Below are positions 10,343 through 19,625 of a stretch of 64,000 nucleotides of DNA, piece after piece. Where the stretch lies: NCBI GenBank assembly GCA_021108075.1, contig JAIORP010000171.1, positions 68,041-132,040 of the forward strand, given 5' to 3'. Position 1 is the stretch's first letter; each line of letters begins with the position of its first letter. The notes under the pieces were generated by a model that worked only from the letters and a program-made list of their open reading frames with translations, did no database searches and was not told the origin of the DNA. Source of the stretch: Candidatus Omnitrophota bacterium. GTDB taxonomy: Bacteria; Omnitrophota; Gorgyraeia; Zapsychrales; Zapsychraceae. Position numbers and translations under genes: made by a program.

Positions 10343-10923
10343 TTTAATTTCGTCGTCATGACGAAATCCGCAACTTCGATTAGCTTAATTTTTCTCCGTT
10401 GAATCGAACCTAAATCGATGTCAACAAACCCCCGCAGAAAGCCTGCATCTTTTTGAAGCTCAGAAGTAAAGGTGTGCACATTGATCATTTCTTTGTTTTG
10501 CTTCGATATCGCGCTCCCTTCAACAAACAGGACTTTTTTTGTTAATGCAATTTTACGAAGCCATACCCCTGTCGGCACGCTATCGCTGATCAGATTCAGC
10601 TTTTCTGACCAGAGAACACGGTTTCCCATGGTCATTTCTCTAAGAACTTCCTCTGTTCCCTTCAACCGGCGCATTTCCTTAATCACATTATCGATATTGG
10701 TTTTCTTCGGCGCCATCTCATTCCATTGTGCTTGTAATTTCTTGTGTTGATTAATTTTAGTCATATTCACAAACAATAACCCAATATGGGCAATAATCAA
10801 CAAAATAAAAAAGCCCCCACCCAGACCGATGATAATTTCAAGCGGAATATTAAGCCCGCTTGATAACAATGACTTTTTTCTGTCTTTTCTTAAGTTCGAC
10901 GGAACTAAATTAATTTCAATCAT
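10339..10923 (-). CDS. pilN: type IV pilus assembly protein PilN
   Basis: Short cytoplasmic N-terminus (MIEINLVPSNLRK), one TM helix, then a periplasmic coiled-coil; this is canonical PilN architecture. Confidence 0.6.
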   Translation of the reverse strand: MIEINLVPSNLRKDRKKSLLSSGLNIPLEIIIGLGGGFFILLIIAHIGLLFVNMTKINQHKKLQAQWNEMAPKKTNIDNVIKEMRRLKGTEEVLREMTMGNRVLWSEKLNLISDSVPTGVWLRKIALTKKVLFVEGSAISKQNKEMINVHTFTSELQKDAGFLRGFVDIDLGSIQRRKIKLIEVADFVMTTKLK

Positions 10924-11977
10924 ATTCGTACAGGGCCAGGCCTATCGCAACGCCTAATTTTAAAAATTTTTTATTAATGTCTTCTTGCGGCATGTCTTCC
11001 GGCAAACTCAATGAACTCAAAGGATTCCAGCAACTGATTTCAATCCCAAGATTTTTTTCTAAAGTCTCCGCAACCCCTTGCAACATGGACCCACCGCCCG
11101 TTAAAAATAATTTGTCAATTGGAATATCCTTCTCCGTTGAAAAATAATCAAAAGACAGCCGCAATTCCCGGATAATATTCATGGTTGCTAACTCACAAGC
11201 GTTTGAAACAGCCTGTTTCTTTGCTCCAGGATTTTTCTTGATCTCTTCGGCTTCCTTTAAAGCAACGCCAAGGGCATTACTAATCCTTTTTGTAAAGTCT
11301 TGGCCCCCAATAAAAATATCGCGGATAAACCAGGGCATCTTGTTAATCACGATCGTTAAATTACTGACCGATTCGCCCATATCCAGAATAGCGATCGCCT
11401 TGTCCTTTGACACATCGTCCTCTGTGATATCCAACATATTGATAATATTGATCTGCGCGATCGGATTAAGACCGATAAAATCAACATGATATCCGAGCTC
11501 CGACAATAATTTGACGCGTTGATCAATCAACTCTTTTTTAGCTGATGCGGCCATAACGTTCATCATTTTCCCTTTAGGATTAGGGTCCAGGATAAAACAA
11601 TCCGTGTAAATATCTTCTTGCGCAAAGGGGAAATATTTATCGGCTTCAAGGGCGAACGAATTCCTGAGATCTTCAATGGACATAACCGGCATTTCAATAA
11701 AACGGATTAAGGTTCCCTTTCCGGATATGGCCGTGTAGACCGATTTAGAAACAGCGTCCAAAGAAGTTATAATTTTTTGAATGGTGTCAGCTAAACGACC
11801 GTCAATGACCGGTTCGATCGCCCAATTGACGAGTTCAATTTTATCGGCATGTTTGGCCAACTGGACCAATTTGCACTCGGCCGGCCCGATATCCAGACCG
11901 ACAGAATACACTTTCTTCTGCTGATCCGGGATCAGTTTCCGAATCAAACCGAAATAGCCATCTAAAATATTAGACAT
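10916..11977 (-). CDS. pilM: type IV pilus assembly ATPase-like protein PilM (actin fold)
   Basis: FtsA/actin-like fold (LDIGPAECKLVQL...; GGG...) and its position as the first gene of pilMNOPQ. Confidence 0.8.
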   Translation of the reverse strand: MSNILDGYFGLIRKLIPDQQKKVYSVGLDIGPAECKLVQLAKHADKIELVNWAIEPVIDGRLADTIQKIITSLDAVSKSVYTAISGKGTLIRFIEMPVMSIEDLRNSFALEADKYFPFAQEDIYTDCFILDPNPKGKMMNVMAASAKKELIDQRVKLLSELGYHVDFIGLNPIAQINIINMLDITEDDVSKDKAIAILDMGESVSNLTIVINKMPWFIRDIFIGGQDFTKRISNALGVALKEAEEIKKNPGAKKQAVSNACELATMNIIRELRLSFDYFSTEKDIPIDKLFLTGGGSMLQGVAETLEKNLGIEISCWNPLSSLSLPEDMPQEDINKKFLKLGVAIGLALYEYD

Positions 11978-12039
11978 AATAATCGATATTTATCCTTTGT
12001 ATTTCATAAATATAAATACTATGAAGTATTTACAAAAAT

Positions 12040-12055
12040 TACCAAATAATTGGTA
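12040..12055. repeat. 16-bp near-palindrome TACCAAATAATTGGTA resembling fused MITE termini (possible footprint or minimal derivative)
   Basis: The arms TACCAAAT / AATTGGTA equal the outermost 8 bp of the MITE left and right ends. It lies in the pilM upstream intergenic region. Confidence 0.3.
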
Positions 12056-12178
12056 TTATATCAAATCCAGGCTAAAAAATAAGTTTTTTCAAATTTATTT
12101 TTCATGATCTTTTGATGGGTTCAATATGTCTATCTCAACACCACCAAACCCCGGTTCCCACCTCCCTGTGTTTTTGAC

Positions 12179-12550
12179 CTATTGCATTAATATCTGACTG
12201 TCCAATGGCATCTCATGCACAACGCCTTCAACTAATTCTCTATCCGTATGCATACGCGTATCGGAACCATGCATATGTGATTGTAAAAGCTCCTCATCGT
12301 GTTCATCCTGCTTAACCAATTTTGTCTGAATTTGCACCTTTTCCGGTGTTTTAACCCGCGTGACCTGTGGTGTGAATTCTGATAACTGCTGTTTCTCAAT
12401 GGACTCAAACTCTTGATTGACCTTATTGTTGCCCCAAATGATCACGCCAATAATCAGAATAATAAACACCACAAGTCCTGGCAAAGCCCCTTTGGACTGT
12501 CCGGAACAGTCCCGCCCAATCAATGCTGTTGTTGGCCTTCGCCTATCCAT
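12179..12550 (-). CDS. hypothetical single-TM protein (4-nt overlap with the upstream PilX-like gene)
   Basis: ORF with one hydrophobic helix; translationally coupled (ATGA overlap) to the 572-aa pilus-associated protein. Confidence 0.3.
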   Translation of the reverse strand: MDRRRPTTALIGRDCSGQSKGALPGLVVFIILIIGVIIWGNNKVNQEFESIEKQQLSEFTPQVTRVKTPEKVQIQTKLVKQDEHDEELLQSHMHGSDTRMHTDRELVEGVVHEMPLDSQILMQ

Positions 12551-14268
12551 TAAACCCCTCCTTCTTGCCAGACCAGCTTATCCGTTAAATCGTTTGTAAA
12601 CCCAACAAACGTGTTTAATGTCGGGAAATATGGTGGGGATTTCCCCATTAATGTCCTCTCATCATACACAAAATTACGGCCATAACCCGATAGTTGCGAA
12701 CCGGTCGATCCATTAAAAAGTCCAAAAGCGCCATAGAACTGCGTAATGACACCACCCAATAATGTGGCTGTTCCTCTTGGGCCTACTCCCGTATCATTAT
12801 AATTGTCCACGGTAAAAATGCCATTCCGTCCTAATACAATACCATGAATTTCAACATCATTCGGTGCCGAACTTCCTATCCGAACATCCCCGCCCCAGGA
12901 AAGAAGACCTAAAAGATTTGTATTACCAACCGCGTCTGGACCAGAGTATCCGGGATTACCCGGACTCCCTGAAGCAGCCGAATAATTTTGATATTTCAAA
13001 TCACCACCGACAATAATATCCCACTCGCTGGAAACCGTAATTTCTGTATCTTGCTGAACGACTCCTGAAATCGAATCAACCTGACCGTCGACATAAATGA
13101 TCGTGCCAACATCATCCATTCCATCAGGAACTCCAGTGTAGACATTCACGACCGATCCGTCATCAACAGACGTCGTATTATTGACTTGATCGACAATAAT
13201 AAACATCGATCCTGTCGTTGGTTCACTGATGTTATAGGTCGCGTTGCCACTTCCGTCGACACCCAAAACGATGGTGGAATCACCGCGGATAAAAATTCCT
13301 CCTGTAAGATTTACGCCATCATTGGAAACAAAAATACCATTTCCAACAATATTCGTTCCTCCGGTTGCCTGATCCTGCAAATCACCTTTTTGAACAGATG
13401 ATGGCAATACAATTGTGGCCTCTCCGCGAAGGAAAGAAGAGTTAAAGATAGGAACATCTGCCGAACCGTTAAAGTGATGGTCGATTAAAACAGGTGAACC
13501 ATTATTATAGAACCTGGCTTTTGTCAAATGCTGGGATATGGCTCCATCAAAAATTCCACCCGGATTAAAAGCGAAGCTGAATCGTTCATTCGTATGGACA
13601 GGACCTTCAAAATTCGTTCTGTTCGTAAACCATACGGAGGAACCGCTGGGAAGTCCGTGGTGGTCGGTAAACAACGCAAATTTAGCGAAATTATCGCGTT
13701 GAACCCGAATGGTAAAATCACCCGAAATCAACACTTCCCGGTTTAAATTACCGCTCGTCCCACCACCTTCCACACGGTAATTATACGGAAAGTCCCACGT
13801 ATCTGTCGAGACCGTGATCGGATTGCCTTTGGCCATGACGATCACATCATAGTCAAAAGTTCCTGTTGCTAGAGTTACCGTGCTCGAGGTATGTGTCGCT
13901 GATAACCCATCCGAAGCTAAGGTAAAGATCGGTGTTCCTCCATCCTCAGCATATTCAATAAGAAAACCTAATGAATCATTGCTGGCAACATAATTGCTCG
14001 CTGAGTTTCCAACGACCTGCGGATTTTTTTGCCCGATCGTCGTCGATAAATCCGTATTGATAAAATCATCCAAATTGTACAACCCTGCGTGTGCGGCGGC
14101 TTCTCCAATGTAGAAGGCTTTGGTCAAATCTCTTTCCATGCGTGCCAGGTTGTTTTCATTAACAGAGCGAAGCAGGAACATAGAACTTATTGATAACAGG
14201 ACCAAAACAACAAATAGAGAAACTAAAAGAGCAGCACCTTTTTCGTTTTTTAAGATCACGATGATCAC
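12550..14268 (-). CDS. large PilX-N-domain protein (putative pilus tip/adhesin, PilY1-like role)
   Basis: N-terminus MIIVILKNEKGAALLVSLFVVLVLLSISSMFL matches the PilX N-terminal pseudopilin-like helix without the E+5 residue. It is followed by a ~520-aa G/S/T/N-rich beta-rich region and sits right after the minor pilin genes. Confidence 0.5.
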   Translation of the reverse strand: MIIVILKNEKGAALLVSLFVVLVLLSISSMFLLRSVNENNLARMERDLTKAFYIGEAAAHAGLYNLDDFINTDLSTTIGQKNPQVVGNSASNYVASNDSLGFLIEYAEDGGTPIFTLASDGLSATHTSSTVTLATGTFDYDVIVMAKGNPITVSTDTWDFPYNYRVEGGGTSGNLNREVLISGDFTIRVQRDNFAKFALFTDHHGLPSGSSVWFTNRTNFEGPVHTNERFSFAFNPGGIFDGAISQHLTKARFYNNGSPVLIDHHFNGSADVPIFNSSFLRGEATIVLPSSVQKGDLQDQATGGTNIVGNGIFVSNDGVNLTGGIFIRGDSTIVLGVDGSGNATYNISEPTTGSMFIIVDQVNNTTSVDDGSVVNVYTGVPDGMDDVGTIIYVDGQVDSISGVVQQDTEITVSSEWDIIVGGDLKYQNYSAASGSPGNPGYSGPDAVGNTNLLGLLSWGGDVRIGSSAPNDVEIHGIVLGRNGIFTVDNYNDTGVGPRGTATLLGGVITQFYGAFGLFNGSTGSQLSGYGRNFVYDERTLMGKSPPYFPTLNTFVGFTNDLTDKLVWQEGGV

Positions 14269-14271
14269 CCC

Positions 14272-14961
14272 CTATTTATTTCGTAAATATATGTTAATCG
14301 AGCTTGACCCTGTTACTGTGCGGCCATCATCAGCATTGGTTTGCGCTGTTGTTGTCACAGTGACCACATTCTGATCCGTGCTTAAGCTCGCTTGAAAATC
14401 CGTTACATTGTCAGCAAAAATATCTTCGCGCACGAGTCCATTTGAGCCGTCAAATACGCGGCGCACCAATTGATTGCTCCCGTTCATAGCGTATTCAAGC
14501 GATCCATAATCCCGCGTCAAACAATCGTTGTCAGCGTCCATACACGTCGAGGATGTGCAACCCCACGTCAATGGCGCGCCCCAGTTGGCTACATCGCCAT
14601 TGCTATCGATCACAGATCCGTTTGCCTCGCAGAGGATCGGCATCGAAAATCCCAGCAGATCCGACATGCCGGGACCGCCTGAATTCAAAATCGAAACTTG
14701 CATAACCCCGTTCAAATCATCCCCGCTTTGTCTCAATTCTTTGGAAAGCCTTTGATTCGTTTTCCTCAAACTGTCTCGCAAACGGATTTGGGCATCTGTT
14801 GTCAGCCAACTTGTTTGGCTGGTTGACATCATGGTATAAACTCCAGCTGACATAGCGACAAAAATACTCATTGCGACCATGATTTCAATCAGGGTAATCC
14901 CCCGGTTCGACCTTATTGTTTTGTTGGCCCGTATTTTCTTAACGACTTTATTTTTCCGCAT
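14272..14961 (-). CDS. minor pilin (PilW-like); start trimmed to the internal Met
   Basis: Prepilin leader ...RSNRG|ITLIEIMVAMSIF (Gly-1, Glu+5). The ORF-track start at 15051 overlaps the upstream pilin gene, so the start was moved to MRKNK... (about 14961). Confidence 0.55.
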   Translation of the reverse strand: MRKNKVVKKIRANKTIRSNRGITLIEIMVAMSIFVAMSAGVYTMMSTSQTSWLTTDAQIRLRDSLRKTNQRLSKELRQSGDDLNGVMQVSILNSGGPGMSDLLGFSMPILCEANGSVIDSNGDVANWGAPLTWGCTSSTCMDADNDCLTRDYGSLEYAMNGSNQLVRRVFDGSNGLVREDIFADNVTDFQASLSTDQNVVTVTTTAQTNADDGRTVTGSSSINIYLRNK

Positions 14962-14974
14962 GTCAAACTCCATA

Positions 14975-15433
14975 TCAAATATTGTACATATAACTAATAA
15001 TTTCAACCGTCGAATCCAGACGGCCATTACCATTCGTGTCTTCTCCGCCATCTAATTGACCATTCAGGTTTGTGTCTTCTCCTATAATACGTCCGTTCTT
15101 TTGCTGCCAACAGACGACAACCGTAATCTCGAGTAAATCAACAACTGTATTGTCAACATAGCTCACGCCCATACCCGTCACACCTGGCACAGTAAAAGTC
15201 GCGTTGTGATAAGTCCCTAGCACAGTTGTAAAAACCGCATTACGGATGTCCTCCATGCGCGATTTTGCCTCCAAGGTCGCTATTGAGGAATTGCGGGCTA
15301 AATCATTGAGCTCTAGACACTTCACAAAAGTTAAAAGCATGCCGACAAACATCAAAACAAATATCACGGCCGCCACCATGACCTCGACCAATGTGAACCC
15401 TTCCTGTTTTTTGATTTTCATTTTTCCCTTCAT
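14975..15433 (-). CDS. minor pilin (PilV-like)
   Basis: Leader MKGKMKIKKQEG|FTLVEVMVAAVIF, a class III signal peptide with a methylation/cleavage site. Confidence 0.55.
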   Translation of the reverse strand: MKGKMKIKKQEGFTLVEVMVAAVIFVLMFVGMLLTFVKCLELNDLARNSSIATLEAKSRMEDIRNAVFTTVLGTYHNATFTVPGVTGMGVSYVDNTVVDLLEITVVVCWQQKNGRIIGEDTNLNGQLDGGEDTNGNGRLDSTVEIISYMYNI

Positions 15434-15460
15434 CTTTCCTTCCTCAATATCACAGGTTCG

Positions 15461-15495
15461 CTACTATAAAAGGGGGGGACTATTATAGTCCCCCT
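15461..15495 (-). terminator. intrinsic terminator downstream of pilA
   Basis: Minus-strand RNA forms GGGGGACU-AUAAU-AGUCCCCC followed by CCUUUUAUAGU. A strong G/C stem sits immediately 3' of the pilA stop and before the minor-pilin genes. Confidence 0.55.
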
Positions 15496-15527
15496 CGCAT
15501 CTCAACAATCTGTAACATTAACAGACA

Positions 15528-15935
15528 TTAGGGCGCTGCTGCAGCCGTAAGAATACTGCCTGTGGTCATCGTAAATATACGGGTACCTGTTTGACCAGAT
15601 GTTAATGGAGTAGCGACTAAAGTATAACCACCTGCAGCCCAAGTACAAGTATAACCGTAACCGGCTGTACCTAATGTGCAATAGTCTGCGTTGATATACG
15701 GTGGTGTTGCGCCAGTAAGATTGGCTACGGCTGCCGGGTAGTTTCCATTATTAGCCGTGGCAAATGTTTCTGCTGATGTTGATAGTGTCCGCAATGTACT
15801 TTGAGCTAAAGCCTCATTTGAGGATACTTTAGCCCTGAGTAAATTAGGGATGGCGATCGCCGCTAATAGAGCGATAATCGCGACAACGATCATAATTTCA
15901 ACTAGAGTAAAACCTCTTTGATCTCTTCTTTTCAT
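15528..15935 (-). CDS. pilA: major type IVa pilin
   Basis: MKRRDQRG|FTLVEIMIVVAIIALLAAIAIPNL is a canonical T4a prepilin leader with Phe+1 and Glu+5. The C-terminal CTLGTAGYGYTC disulfide D-region fits, and an AGGAGG Shine-Dalgarno lies upstream. Confidence 0.85.
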   Translation of the reverse strand: MKRRDQRGFTLVEIMIVVAIIALLAAIAIPNLLRAKVSSNEALAQSTLRTLSTSAETFATANNGNYPAAVANLTGATPPYINADYCTLGTAGYGYTCTWAAGGYTLVATPLTSGQTGTRIFTMTTGSILTAAAAP

Positions 15936-16658
15936 TTCTGCCTCCTGTTTTGAGCCACCTTCTACTTGATCAATTCCAGGAATTAAAATGAAATAATAAT
16001 GACATTGCTTTAGCGGAATTTTTCAAGCCATTGGCTCATGGTTTTCATACTGCCATGTACTCTGCCTGTGCTTCAAAACATTACTAGAATTCTATTATCG
16101 ACCCCCTTTCCGTGTCAAATCATATATATTATTTTTAAGAACAACTGTTCGATCTATTTTCTGCAACTTCAGATTGAATGGCAGGGCGGGATAGCACGCA
16201 CACCACCAGAATCGTCGGCATCTCCCTATCAAATTGTCAAAAAATCTATTTTTCACGATCATTTTCAATCTCCTAACACCCAAAAAAAAACCTACTCCTT
16301 CAATAAGGAATAGGTTTAAAATCACAAAAATACACTAAATTTTCGTTAGCGGCAACTGGCTACCCTTTTCAGGGCCCTGTAGTTTTGTGTCCCATCCTTA
16401 CGGAAGGTTTACCTTTATCACCAGACGCTATTGCGTCAATTGAAGTATAACATGCTAAAGTTCGCGATGTCAACGTCACCAGGAAAAAAATTCCACTTTT
16501 TCGCCCAATCAACGTATTCTTTTATTGCCCCCTATACTATAAAAGCAGATCATAATAAATATTTCCCTTTTCTTTCCATGTTTTATGTGGCATAACTGTA
16601 AATAAACATGGCCTCCGTCATCCATCTTGTTCAACTTTAAAGGAGTATATATAATAAT

Positions 16659-18596
16659 ATGATTCATAATTATAAATATGACCCATTTCAACAAAAAGCG
16701 ATTGATTTTATTAATCAAGGGCATTCTGTTATCGTCTCAGCGCCAACTGGCGCCGGCAAGACGGCTATAGCCGAACATGTGATCCACCAATGTTTACAAA
16801 ATAATCAAAAAGTCATCTACACCGCCCCTATTAAGGCTCTCAGCAATCAAAAATATCGCGAGTTTCAAAAGTTGGCCAAAAATCAAGTCGGAATTTTAAC
16901 GGGTGATATCACTCTCAACCCAACGGCATCCATACTTATCATGACAACGGAAATCTTTCGTAACAAAATTCTGACAGAACTAGCTATATTAAAAGAATAT
17001 AAATGGATCATTTTTGACGAAATTCATTACATCGACGATTGGGACCGGGGGACCGTCTGGGAAGAATCCCTCATTTTTCTTCCCGACCACATGAAGATAT
17101 TAGGTTTATCAGCAACGATTCCCAACAGTCAGGAACTGAAGAAATGGATTGAATCAATTCATACCCAATCCATAAAAATTATAAAGGAAGACCACCGCCC
17201 CGTACCTTTGCATTTTTTCTATCAATGCCAGGGGAAAATTTATGATGATTTAGAAAAAGTCGTCCATTATGGATATCGATCAAAAGAGCACAAACATTTA
17301 TCCGGCCAAAAACTTCCTCGCTACGTCCACCTGAAGCCTAATCCATTGAAGCCGCTCATCGAAGATCTGTTCAATAAAGACATGTTACCCTGCATCTATT
17401 TTGTCTTCAGCCGAAAACGCACGGCCCTGCTGGCCGAAGAAATTCAAGATATTAAATTTTTAACAAAAGGACAAAGCGAGAGCATTCTCGATCATTATGA
17501 CAATCTTTGTGAGCTCTTTGAACTGGAAGACGAGCCCAGCGCATTAGAACTGCGACCTTTTATCGCTCAGGGCATAGCCTACCATCACGCTGGAATGCTG
17601 CCGACATTAAAAGAGGTCGTTGAAAGACTTTTTACAAGCCGGGCGCTGAAAATCATATTCACCACAGAGACATTCGCATTAGGCATCAATATGCCGGCGA
17701 GGACCGTCATCTTTGATGAACTACGGAAATACTATGGCAACCGCTTTGCAACATTACGCACCAGAGACTTTTATCAAATGGCCGGTCGAGCCGGCCGACG
17801 GTCCATTGATGTTGAAGGGTATGTCTTCTGCCGGATCAATCCGCATTTCATTCGTCCGGATGAAGTCTTCCAAATGATTTATGGCAAACCAGAGAAAATC
17901 CAGTCTCAATTCAATGCGTCTTATGCTACGGTTTTGAATCTTTACCAACAATACCGGGATGATTTGATCCGGATATATCCCCGTTCATTTCACTTCTTTC
18001 AAAAACGCCGTTTTCTGCACAAAAAAGCCATCGCCTTGCTGAAAGGTAAAATTGATATTTTAAAAGAGCTTAAACATATTCAAAACAACGAACTAACAAC
18101 AAAAGGCTTCTTTGCCAGTCAAGTTTACGGATATGAATTGGTGCTGGGGGAATTATTCTCTGAAGGCAATCTAAACACATTGTCCCTTCAGGAATTAGGC
18201 GTGCTTGCGCTCGCCATTGTCTATGAACCCCGTAAGGGAATCGTCAAACCTCAACCCACAGAAACAATCCTCAGGCTGGAAAGCATGGCAAAGTTGGCCA
18301 TCAGAAAAATCCATAAACATGAAAAGACCGTTGGCTTGACGCAACTGAGCAAACGCTGTTATTTTCATTTATCGAATGTCCTGCTTGCCTGGATCAAGAA
18401 AAAACCCTTTCAACAAATATTAGAATACACCAATGCCGATGAAGGAGAGATTGTCCGGTACATGAGAATGACCTTACAACTTTTACGCCAAATGCTGGAC
18501 GGTCCCATCAATGAACCACTTAAGAACAAGGTAGACAAATTGATTCATCTTATTAATCGGGGCGTTATTGATTCGAAAAAACAATTACGGGGATAG
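16659..18596 (+). CDS. Ski2-like superfamily-2 (DEAD/DExH) RNA helicase
   Basis: Motif I SAPTGAGKT, motif II DEIH, SAT, QMAGRAGRR (motif VI), plus a C-terminal Ski2/HelY-like extension. Confidence 0.65.
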   Translation: MIHNYKYDPFQQKAIDFINQGHSVIVSAPTGAGKTAIAEHVIHQCLQNNQKVIYTAPIKALSNQKYREFQKLAKNQVGILTGDITLNPTASILIMTTEIFRNKILTELAILKEYKWIIFDEIHYIDDWDRGTVWEESLIFLPDHMKILGLSATIPNSQELKKWIESIHTQSIKIIKEDHRPVPLHFFYQCQGKIYDDLEKVVHYGYRSKEHKHLSGQKLPRYVHLKPNPLKPLIEDLFNKDMLPCIYFVFSRKRTALLAEEIQDIKFLTKGQSESILDHYDNLCELFELEDEPSALELRPFIAQGIAYHHAGMLPTLKEVVERLFTSRALKIIFTTETFALGINMPARTVIFDELRKYYGNRFATLRTRDFYQMAGRAGRRSIDVEGYVFCRINPHFIRPDEVFQMIYGKPEKIQSQFNASYATVLNLYQQYRDDLIRIYPRSFHFFQKRRFLHKKAIALLKGKIDILKELKHIQNNELTTKGFFASQVYGYELVLGELFSEGNLNTLSLQELGVLALAIVYEPRKGIVKPQPTETILRLESMAKLAIRKIHKHEKTVGLTQLSKRCYFHLSNVLLAWIKKKPFQQILEYTNADEGEIVRYMRMTLQLLRQMLDGPINEPLKNKVDKLIHLINRGVIDSKKQLRG

Positions 18597-18610
18597 GAAA
18601 AAAACGCGGC

Positions 18611-19615
18611 TTAATTATAGGCCTCTTTGAAAAGCTTCTTCAGGTTAAACAAGTCTTTTTTTAATAAATTATTTTCATGTTTTAAAATTTTTAAATTCTC
18701 TTCAAATTGAAAAAACTCCGCGTTGCTGGCCGAAAGATCAATTTTATTAGTCTTAATTTTCTTTTTCGCCTTATTCAGAATGTCTTCTAATTCCATGCGA
18801 TTAACACCCAGAGATTTAATGTCCATGAAAAAATTCTCGATTGTTTCTTTCTTTGAGATCTCCAATTGATGAGTCGTATGCCTCAACTTTTTTTCTTCGG
18901 TAATAAAAATCTTCAGTTCATCTTCGGCGATAACCAATTGCTGCTTCAAAACAATTTGCTCTTCTCGATAATTCGATAATTGCGATAATGGTTTATAGTA
19001 TCGTTTTTTTAACGACTGTATTTCTCTGCGGATCAATTTCAGGTTAAACTCACTGTCCGTTCTAAGCTCTAACAAACGGTTTTTCTCGCTGACATAGTCC
19101 AGGTTGCGAGTTTTCTTGTCAATGATACTTTTTAATTGATGGATCTCATTCTCAAGATAAACCACTTCTTGTTTCATTTGGATGATATCATCTTGAAGCG
19201 TCATTTGAGCGTCTTCCTGGTCCTCGGTGTGCCGGGTCAGAATGTGCTGCTGTTGCCTCCGCGCCTCTTGCGCACGAAGATCTCTTTGATAGTCCTGGCG
19301 GCTAATATCGGATTGCTCTCGGGAGATCCGGTCCTCTTCATCGATGTCCTGTTGCGGGGATGGACTCTTTTGTTCCAGGCGCTCTAACTCTTGCTCAAGA
19401 AGATAAATCTGTTGACGGAAGGAATCATTTTCCCGCGCTAACCAACGGTTGTTCAGCTTAACTTGTTCGACCTGAGCCTTCAAACTCTTTAACCCGCACA
19501 GTAAGTTCTCGTCTTTATCAGGGTTAAGCCTCCGCGTTCCCGCAGCAGCGGAATGAAATCCCATCAGGATAAAAAGGATAGCGATGCAAGAAATGGTTTG
19601 TTTGTGATCATTCAT
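18611..19615 (-). CDS. secreted/periplasmic coiled-coil protein (hypothetical; last gene of the pilus ATPase operon)
   Basis: N-terminal signal/anchor (ISCIAILFILMGFHSAAAG) then ~300 aa of heptad-rich Q/E/K/L sequence. It lies 10 nt downstream of pilC. Confidence 0.3.
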   Translation of the reverse strand: MNDHKQTISCIAILFILMGFHSAAAGTRRLNPDKDENLLCGLKSLKAQVEQVKLNNRWLARENDSFRQQIYLLEQELERLEQKSPSPQQDIDEEDRISREQSDISRQDYQRDLRAQEARRQQQHILTRHTEDQEDAQMTLQDDIIQMKQEVVYLENEIHQLKSIIDKKTRNLDYVSEKNRLLELRTDSEFNLKLIRREIQSLKKRYYKPLSQLSNYREEQIVLKQQLVIAEDELKIFITEEKKLRHTTHQLEISKKETIENFFMDIKSLGVNRMELEDILNKAKKKIKTNKIDLSASNAEFFQFEENLKILKHENNLLKKDLFNLKKLFKEAYN

Positions 19616-19625
19616 AAAGAATTTT

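Noticed and set aside
15936-16100. Looked for a sigma-54 (-24 TGGCAC / -12 TTGCA) promoter upstream of pilA on the minus strand
   Set aside because: The closest candidate (TGGCTTGAAAAATTCCGC) has the wrong GG-to-GC spacing and a poor -12 element; no confident RpoN site. No PilR-type enhancer-binding protein is present in the window either.
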